NCBI GenBank assembly: GCA_043819075.1
Contig: JBDRFE010000002.1
Location: 114 to 64,113 of the forward strand
Source: an archaeon
GTDB lineage: Archaea > Iainarchaeota > Iainarchaeia > Iainarchaeales > 1-14-0-10-31-34
Length of the DNA: 64,000 nucleotides
Reading direction: 5' to 3'
Part shown: positions 58,307-64,000 of the stretch, in pieces
How the letters are laid out: the number at the start of each line of letters is the position of its first letter
Numbering within the stretch: the first letter of the stretch is position 1
Translations under genes and position numbers: made by a program
Notes under the pieces: model-generated
The model's input: the letters and a program-made list of their open reading frames with translations, nothing else
Databases searched by the model: none
What the model was told of the DNA's origin: nothing

Positions 58307-58809
58307 CCGAACACACCTAAAACAAGTTTTCTTTCAACACCGTTTAACAAAACAAATCTTTCAATTACAACTGCCTTGGTTTCGGGCCCGGGCATAACGC
58401 CAAAAAACTTGATTTCACTTGCTGAATTCATTTCTGTTACCTTAAAATAAAAATCGTATTTCCCTAACCCAAGAATTTCTTTTATTTCACTGTAACTGCT
58501 TTGGTTTAAGTCAATAAGCTTGTCTATTTTTTTTTCATCCAAAACATTTCTTTCTTTTGCAATGCCAATTGAATTAACATTCAGGTCATTCATTAACTCC
58601 CATGAATCCGGGTCGCCTGGAGTTGAAACCAACGCCTGAGAAGCATTCAGGGTTTTTTCCTGCATCTCTGAATAAAATTCTTCTTCGTTAAGTGAATTCT
58701 GTATTAAGCCAAAAGAGCTAACTGAAATAACCAGAATAAACAATAATGCAGTTAATGCAACAATTAAGTCTGTTGTAAAAATCTGGCCTTTAGAGTTCTT
58801 CAACTTCAA
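58303..58809 (-). CDS. Minor pilin-like protein
   Basis: SKG-QIFTTDLIVAL; TPG.P..W motif. Confidence 0.78.
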   Translation of the reverse strand: MKLKNSKGQIFTTDLIVALTALLFILVISVSSFGLIQNSLNEEEFYSEMQEKTLNASQALVSTPGDPDSWELMNDLNVNSIGIAKERNVLDEKKIDKLIDLNQSSYSEIKEILGLGKYDFYFKVTEMNSASEIKFFGVMPGPETKAVVIERFVLLNGVERKLVLGVFG

Positions 58810-59449
58810 TCACTCCGTTCAGGTTTTTAACTGAAATTTCTGTTGCATTTTCTTTGCTTATGAAAACTATTTTTTTTGCTATCAGTGAAGCTGAAACAAA
58901 CTGCCCTTGCCTGAAAAAAACTTTAACTGAGTTTTCCTCAAACCCTAATTCAAAATCAAATTGTTTTTCAATTACTGTCGTACTTCCGTTTCCGCTCAAA
59001 TAAATTCCGTTGACTGCTCTTGTAGTTTTTTCCAAAAGGGTTTTTGCCTTTATTTTTTCTGAATTAAAATCAGTGAGTTCTTTTTGCTGGAATGAAACAA
59101 AAACAACCAAAGAAAATAATGAAAAAAGAATAACAAGCGTTATAACGAATTCAGCTGAAATCTGCCCTCTCGCGGTTTCGCCCGCGAGTGACGAAATACG
59201 GCATAAAGCCGTATGTGCTTCGCTTTTCGCTCGCGAGTGACGAAGCACAACCTGCGGTTGAGCGTGCTTCGCTTTCCCGCTTCCGTGCGGGAGTAACGGA
59301 GCACTATCTTCGCTTGCGCTCGATAGAGCCAGCACAGCTTTACGCTGTGCCTCGCTACAACCAGCCAAAACTGGTTCACGGCATTCACTTCGTTCAGCCG
59401 AGCTGGCACACCTTTGGCGTGCCTCGCTGTTTTTTGTTTTTTTTTTCAT
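58790..59449 (-). CDS. Minor pilin-like protein with an ~87-codon repeat-derived in-frame insertion in its leader
   Basis: MKKKTKN + atypical Ala/Arg/Ser-rich stretch + RG-QISAEFVITLVILF. Confidence 0.75.
   Translation of the reverse strand: MKKKTKNSEARQRCASSAERSECREPVLAGCSEAQRKAVLALSSASEDSAPLLPHGSGKAKHAQPQVVLRHSRAKSEAHTALCRISSLAGETARGQISAEFVITLVILFSLFSLVVFVSFQQKELTDFNSEKIKAKTLLEKTTRAVNGIYLSGNGSTTVIEKQFDFELGFEENSVKVFFRQGQFVSASLIAKKIVFISKENATEISVKNLNGVIEVEEL
59168..59428. mobile_element. GC-rich multi-hairpin miniature (REP-like) element
   Basis: Abrupt GC-rich block of stacked hairpins with repeated GTGC(T/C)TCGCT and CGCGAGTGACGAA modules; homologous segments at 37724-37780. Confidence 0.75.
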
Positions 59450-59453
59450 TTAA

Positions 59454-61265
59454 TCACGGAGTCCTCTGAATAATGCTAATGTCATCAACATAAAAATAAT
59501 CTCCTGTGCTGTTCATCCATGAATCAAATCCAATCCAGAATTCGCTTGAAAGAGTGTAAGCATTCAAGTCAAAAGCATAAAAATGATAAACATTATCTGA
59601 ATCAGCTGAAGTAAAAGTTTTTATTACACTCCAGGTTATCCCGTCAGATGAAACAAGGACATTCTGGTAATCGCTTCCTTCAAATGAATTTACTTTAGCC
59701 CAGAATTCAAGCCTTGGCTTTGAATAAGAACTTAAGTCAACTGCTCTTGTAGCATAGCCTGTTGCCAGCCTAAGCCTCAAATGTCTTGGAGGAGTGTATG
59801 TTCCTCCTGAAGTTACAAGAGATGAATCGCCTGAATGAATCCAGCCTGCAGTCCACCCTGTTCCTGAATTCCAGCTTGTGTCCGGAAAGTTATCAAATGC
59901 AATTACAACAGGATATTGGATTACATTTATTTGTATAACCCTGTTTTCATTGCTGCTTCCTTCATTAGAGTTAGCTGAATCATCAACACAATTGATACCC
60001 CAAAAATAATTTCCATTAACCGAAAAAGTTTTTGTAAAACTCTGTGTTATTCCTTCGCTTACTGAATTGTCTGTCTGGTCAACTGCTCCGTTAATTATTA
60101 GTTCACAGAAAGCAATTCCAGAGTCAATGTCATTAACAGAATAATCAAACTGCACTGAAAAGTTTCCTGAAACAAATCCGTTTGAAGGCGACACCAAGCT
60201 TATTGTTGGTGCAAGAGTATCATTAAACGGAACACTGACTGTAACTGAAACATAATCTGAATTAATTCCATCTGAAGCAGTTATTGTTCCTGCACTGCTT
60301 CCTGCCCCGATTGGCACATCAATTATTGCAGTGAATTCATTGCAGGTATTTCCTGTAAGCAAACCGACTGAAGGAATTGGCTGAATCCATAAAGCAATGG
60401 TTCCGGAAAAAATAAAATCAATTCCTGTTATTGTTGAATCAGTTGTATTGCATAACTGGAAACTCGTTGAATCAGAGTTTCCTTCAATTATTGTTGTATT
60501 CCAGTAATTTGGGAAAACCCTTAAAGGCTTTTCAGCTGAACCAGTTATTACTTCAAGTGTTACCGGAACAACAATTCTTTTTGCACCATCAGTTGTTGCT
60601 GCATCAAAAATTATTTCCCCTGAATAATTGCCTGCTGCTGTCTGGCTTGAAGAAAAATTAATGTCAATTGAATAGCTTGAACCAGATGCTACAACAAAAA
60701 AATTGCTGCTTAAATTCATTGAAACCTCAACTGAATTCCAGTTAAAGCTTACTGTTACATTTGCATCAGCTGAAGTGCTGTTTATTATTGAAATGCTTTC
60801 AGTTGAATTTGAATCCTGTGCTATTGCAGAGTAAATGCTTCCCTTGTTTGACTCAATTTTAATGTCACCTATTACAACATATCCTTCAAATGCTGTAATC
60901 CAAACCCAGTGGCCTCCTGGTTCTGTGGGAATGCTTCCGCTTAACTCTGTTTTTGATTCAGCTATTAAGTCTGTTCCGTTTACATTAATTCTTACAGTCT
61001 TGTCTGAAACACTTGTTTTTGTTTCATCAACTCCTGATGGAATTACCACAAAAATCTGTTTTGTTGTGCCAGGCCCTGAAACAAAAACTTCTTCTGCTGT
61101 CCTTGCAATTTTGTTTACAGTGTTTTGTGCATCAGAATTAGCTTTAGCTGAATTAATTCCTGTTATTTCATTGTTTGATGTAACAAGGATTAATCCTATT
61201 GCAACCATTGAAACAGCAAGAATAACTAATAATTCCACTGAAGCCTGGGCTTTTCCGCAAACCAT
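59454..61265 (-). CDS. Large pilin-like adhesin with Ig-like and carbohydrate-binding-like domains
   Basis: GKA-QASVELLVIL; DTLAPTISLVSP, GNYFWGINCVD; C-terminal jelly-roll-like V.VSSDG.TW ... YVDDI. Confidence 0.8.
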   Translation of the reverse strand: MVCGKAQASVELLVILAVSMVAIGLILVTSNNEITGINSAKANSDAQNTVNKIARTAEEVFVSGPGTTKQIFVVIPSGVDETKTSVSDKTVRINVNGTDLIAESKTELSGSIPTEPGGHWVWITAFEGYVVIGDIKIESNKGSIYSAIAQDSNSTESISIINSTSADANVTVSFNWNSVEVSMNLSSNFFVVASGSSYSIDINFSSSQTAAGNYSGEIIFDAATTDGAKRIVVPVTLEVITGSAEKPLRVFPNYWNTTIIEGNSDSTSFQLCNTTDSTITGIDFIFSGTIALWIQPIPSVGLLTGNTCNEFTAIIDVPIGAGSSAGTITASDGINSDYVSVTVSVPFNDTLAPTISLVSPSNGFVSGNFSVQFDYSVNDIDSGIAFCELIINGAVDQTDNSVSEGITQSFTKTFSVNGNYFWGINCVDDSANSNEGSSNENRVIQINVIQYPVVIAFDNFPDTSWNSGTGWTAGWIHSGDSSLVTSGGTYTPPRHLRLRLATGYATRAVDLSSYSKPRLEFWAKVNSFEGSDYQNVLVSSDGITWSVIKTFTSADSDNVYHFYAFDLNAYTLSSEFWIGFDSWMNSTGDYFYVDDISIIQRTP

Positions 61266-61331
61266 ACAAAACCATAATTATAACAGAAAACCATTTATTA
61301 TACTTTTTGAGTTTAAAGGAAAAAATTTGAA

Positions 61332-61556
61332 TCAGTATAATGTTCCAAGAACCTGTTTTCCTTTTAAGTAAATCCAGATTGTTGCGCCAAGAGACAGCAT
61401 TGAAACAAAATAGAATGTTGTTGCAACAAGGCTGTAACCGCTGGTTTGTGCGAGAATTCCTTCAACAAAAGTTGCAATAGAAAAAGTAACTAAAATTATT
61501 CCGCTTAAAAGAAAGAAAACAATTTTCATTTCCTGTTGTCTTGTCTCGTTTTTCAT
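61332..61556 (-). CDS. Small two-TM membrane protein
   Basis: 74 aa with two hydrophobic helices, downstream of the KaiC-like gene. Confidence 0.6.
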   Translation of the reverse strand: MKNETRQQEMKIVFFLLSGIILVTFSIATFVEGILAQTSGYSLVATTFYFVSMLSLGATIWIYLKGKQVLGTLY

Positions 61557-61566
61557 TTAATTCAGC

Positions 61567-62436
61567 TCAAAATATTTCTATATCCGCATATATTTTTATG
61601 CCTTCCTTTTCAAAATTCAGGGCGCAAATTTTGTTGGTGTGTTTTGTTCCCCTCATTTTAAGGATTTCAAGCGAATGCACTCTTACATCTTTTTCTTCTT
61701 TTTTTTCGTAATACAATGAAATCAGCGAGTCAACCAAAAACCCTACAGAGCCTTTAGCTGTTTCAGCTTCTTTTGGGCCCATTTCGCTTAATATCATTGA
61801 AGTGCAGTCCCATTTTTTCAGCAACTCAAAAAACCTTAAAGTGTTTTCTCTTTGCTGGTATTCGTCTTTAAACAATAAACTGTAAGAAGTAATTGAATCA
61901 ACAACTAATCTTTTTGCTTTCATTTCCTGTATTGCATCTTTTATCGGTCCCCCGCCCTGCTCTAATAATCTTCCAACCTGATGCGGCTTGTATTCTAACA
62001 CACGAAACAGGTTTTTTTCCTCTAATTCCTTGAAATCCCAGCCGTATTCAGCGCTGTGCCTGTAATATGATTCCCTGCTTTCTTCAAAACTGATTAGTAT
62101 TCCAGGGTCATTATAAATTTTTGCCCCGTTATAAAGGAACTGTAACCCAAAAGTTGTTTTTCCTGTTCCGGCACTGCCTGTTACAAGAATAGTGGAATTT
62201 TTTTCAAACCCGCCTTCAATTAATTCGTCAAAACCAAAAATTCCTGATGGAATTCTTTTAAGTTCACCGAGTTTTGGCTTGTTTTCAGGAACCTTGTTTT
62301 TTTCTTCAGGTTTTTTTATTACAGGCTTTTCTTTTTGAGCTGAATTTTCGGGTGTCTTTTTTTTTGTTTCAGGCAATTCTTTTTTTATCCCTAAATCGCT
62401 TTCAATTACTAGTTTTTTTTCTTCCATTGCATTCAC
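61567..62436 (-). CDS. KaiC-like (RAD55 family) ATPase with a charged N-terminal extension
   Basis: RIPSGI.GFD.LI.GG, GSAGTGKT, LVVDSIT, LKMRGT.H. Confidence 0.9.
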   Translation of the reverse strand: MNAMEEKKLVIESDLGIKKELPETKKKTPENSAQKEKPVIKKPEEKNKVPENKPKLGELKRIPSGIFGFDELIEGGFEKNSTILVTGSAGTGKTTFGLQFLYNGAKIYNDPGILISFEESRESYYRHSAEYGWDFKELEEKNLFRVLEYKPHQVGRLLEQGGGPIKDAIQEMKAKRLVVDSITSYSLLFKDEYQQRENTLRFFELLKKWDCTSMILSEMGPKEAETAKGSVGFLVDSLISLYYEKKEEKDVRVHSLEILKMRGTKHTNKICALNFEKEGIKIYADIEIF

Positions 62437-62595
62437 TTGCTTAATTAAACAAATTCCGCTGAATTTGTAACGTCAAAAACCATTCGTGCTGACAGCTTAG
62501 CTTGTGGTTTTTGACCCAAATATAATTGCAGTTACTTATTTAAATACCTGATTATTTAAAAAAAGAAAAAGAAAAAAAGCAGTTAAACTGCTTTT

Positions 62596-62955
62596 TTAGA
62601 CTTTCATTGCAAGTTTTTTGATGGCAACAATTGCTACTATTACTGCTGCCGGAGCAACAAATATTGCAATGTTGGAGAAAATGTTTGCAAGAATGGTTCC
62701 TAACATCGGGACTGCGTCATCTATTATTCTAAAGCTGTTAATTGCTCCTGTTGCCAGCAAGGCAATTGATGCAATCAAGAACGGTGTTGTTTCTTTGTCT
62801 TTAATGTTCAGCAATCCAACAATTATTCCTAGGATTACAAGCACTAAAGGAATCCATGCTTCAAGGTTAGGCAAAAACCCAATAAACACCCCTGCAAGGA
62901 AAGCTATTATTACACCGAGCACAAAAGCCCATTCTCCTATTTGCTCTAATTCCAT
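62596..62955 (-). CDS. Conserved four-TM membrane protein
   Basis: GEWAF..G...A, LG..VGLLNI...E...FL, FVAPAA. Confidence 0.75.
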   Translation of the reverse strand: MELEQIGEWAFVLGVIIAFLAGVFIGFLPNLEAWIPLVLVILGIIVGLLNIKDKETTPFLIASIALLATGAINSFRIIDDAVPMLGTILANIFSNIAIFVAPAAVIVAIVAIKKLAMKV

Positions 62956-63104
62956 TTTTTCCCTCCTTTTATAGTATTAAAAAACAATCAATCGTATTGA
63001 TTTAGAATTACTTATTTAAATTCCTTTGCTTTTAGAATTTCCTGTTCTTTTCTTTGATTAAGCCAAATAAAGCCTTTTTTTGCGGTTTTCAGGCAGTTTA
63101 AGCA

Positions 63105-63377
63105 TTGGGCACGCCCTGAAGTCGAATCAATTCAAGAAATTGGATTAGCCCTTAATTGTTCTTCCCTCCGCTGCTCCCAAAAGCATTAAGCAGTAAAATT
63201 TCCGTTGCTCCCTTCCAGGCCTGGCGGGTTGACTTTAAAGCCCAATCTCAGGGGACAGAGGTTCATTGAAACAGTCAAGGATCCTTTTCCCTGGATTAAA
63301 TCCTTCTCCAAAGCTTCGGCTCCTGCTAAAGCAGATTTCAGGTAACAAGGAACTGCTGACTCCCCGGCCTAGCCCAA
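63105..63377 (-). ncRNA. ffs: Archaeal SRP RNA (7S)
   Basis: Minus strand begins GGGCTAGGCCGGGGAG (Alu-like domain, GCCGAAGC); helix 8 CCCGCCAGGCCTGGAAGGGAGCAACGG; terminal TTGGGC/GCCCAA pairing. Ends approximate. Confidence 0.9.
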
Positions 63378-63466
63378 AAAATTGTGTTAAAAAAGGTTTA
63401 AAAACTTTAAAAAAACAGGAAAAAGGTTATTAAGTGGTTTTTTCATTAATTTATTAGTGAGTTAAA

Positions 63467-63874
63467 ATGGTTAGTGCTAAAGCAAAATTAATTGCAGTTA
63501 TTACTGCTTTAGGAGCCATAGCAGGCTCTCTTGGCGGAGTAAAAGCTATTTCTGCAATTGAAGCTTTAACTGAAACACAGGCCGCAAGAGTTTTAAAAGA
63601 CAAGTCTTTAATTGAATTGCAAAACTGGATTGCAAAAGCAAGAACCGACACAAGATTAAACGCACAAGAACAGAAGTTAAGAATCCAACAGAAACTAGAA
63701 AACTGGAAAACCTTTAAGAACGATTTTAACGCTTCTTTTGGAAAACAAGTAAAAAGAAATCAGTGGCGAAAAGTCGGTGGTGGTGCAGCAGGAGGAGCTG
63801 CTTTAGGTCTAACTTTTTTAGGGGCAGGAGCGGCATTAGCCAGAAGACGTGCAAGAAGAAGAGGCAGACCTTAA
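63467..63874 (+). CDS. Hypothetical protein with Gly/Ala-zipper hydrophobic segments and an Arg tail
   Basis: ITALGAIAGSLGG and GGGAAGGAALGLTFLGAGAALA-RRRARRRGRP. Confidence 0.6.
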   Translation: MVSAKAKLIAVITALGAIAGSLGGVKAISAIEALTETQAARVLKDKSLIELQNWIAKARTDTRLNAQEQKLRIQQKLENWKTFKNDFNASFGKQVKRNQWRKVGGGAAGGAALGLTFLGAGAALARRRARRRGRP

Positions 63875-64000
63875 TTAATTCAATTTAAAAAAACAAAATC
63901 TATAATTATTTTATGAATCTTTTTTTTGATTTAAACTATTTTTCCCAGAAAATTTTTTCTTCAAAAAAATTAATGGTTTTTTTGATTCTGGCTAATTTAA

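Noticed and set aside
59140..59469. Alternative ORFs 59140-59409 and 59188-59469
   Set aside because: By-products of the GC-rich palindromic element
63105..63377. RNase P RNA as the identity of the GC-rich block
   Set aside because: No GAGGAAAGTCC-type P4 motif; the helix 8 and Alu-domain signatures fit SRP RNA
2630..63651. Many antisense ORFs nested in long genes (for example 7495-7962, 12278-12814, 50195-50755, 60835-61371)
   Set aside because: Shadow frames of well-supported genes with no independent motifs

Overview
AT-rich archaeal chromosomal DNA, most likely from a DPANN lineage (Diapherotrites/Iainarchaeota-like; the taxon is inferred from gene style, not proven). Archaeal markers: TFE, aTrm56, class I LysRS, archaeal D-aminoacyl-tRNA deacylase, XerA, archaeal SRP RNA, BHB-intron tRNAs and class III signal-peptide pilins. 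Left to right: a glycogen/alpha-glucan locus (PMM/PGM, GalT-like, GT3 synthase, GH57, GT4); ppdK head-to-head with a bacterial-type MEP cluster (dxr, ispD, ispF, dxs) interleaved with basic orphan ORFs; a ~950 bp non-coding region where strand composition flips, holding a dif-like site and an ORB-like motif; a 25-33 kb array of small accessory genes punctuated by a repeated A-tract-C-N5-GTTATGTA motif and ending at xerA; tRNA-iMet, tfe, trm56, serS, and a tRNA cluster with a free-standing LAGLIDADG gene and a D-loop-intron tRNA-Phe; a purine cluster with frameshifted purB; lysS, a KaiC-like ATPase, a hydrolase-degenerate long RelA/SpoT homolog and bacterial-type tpiA; a type IV pilus locus in which one pilin leader carries an in-frame GC-rich multi-hairpin insertion; and SRP RNA. 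All calls come from manual motif recognition; no searches were run.
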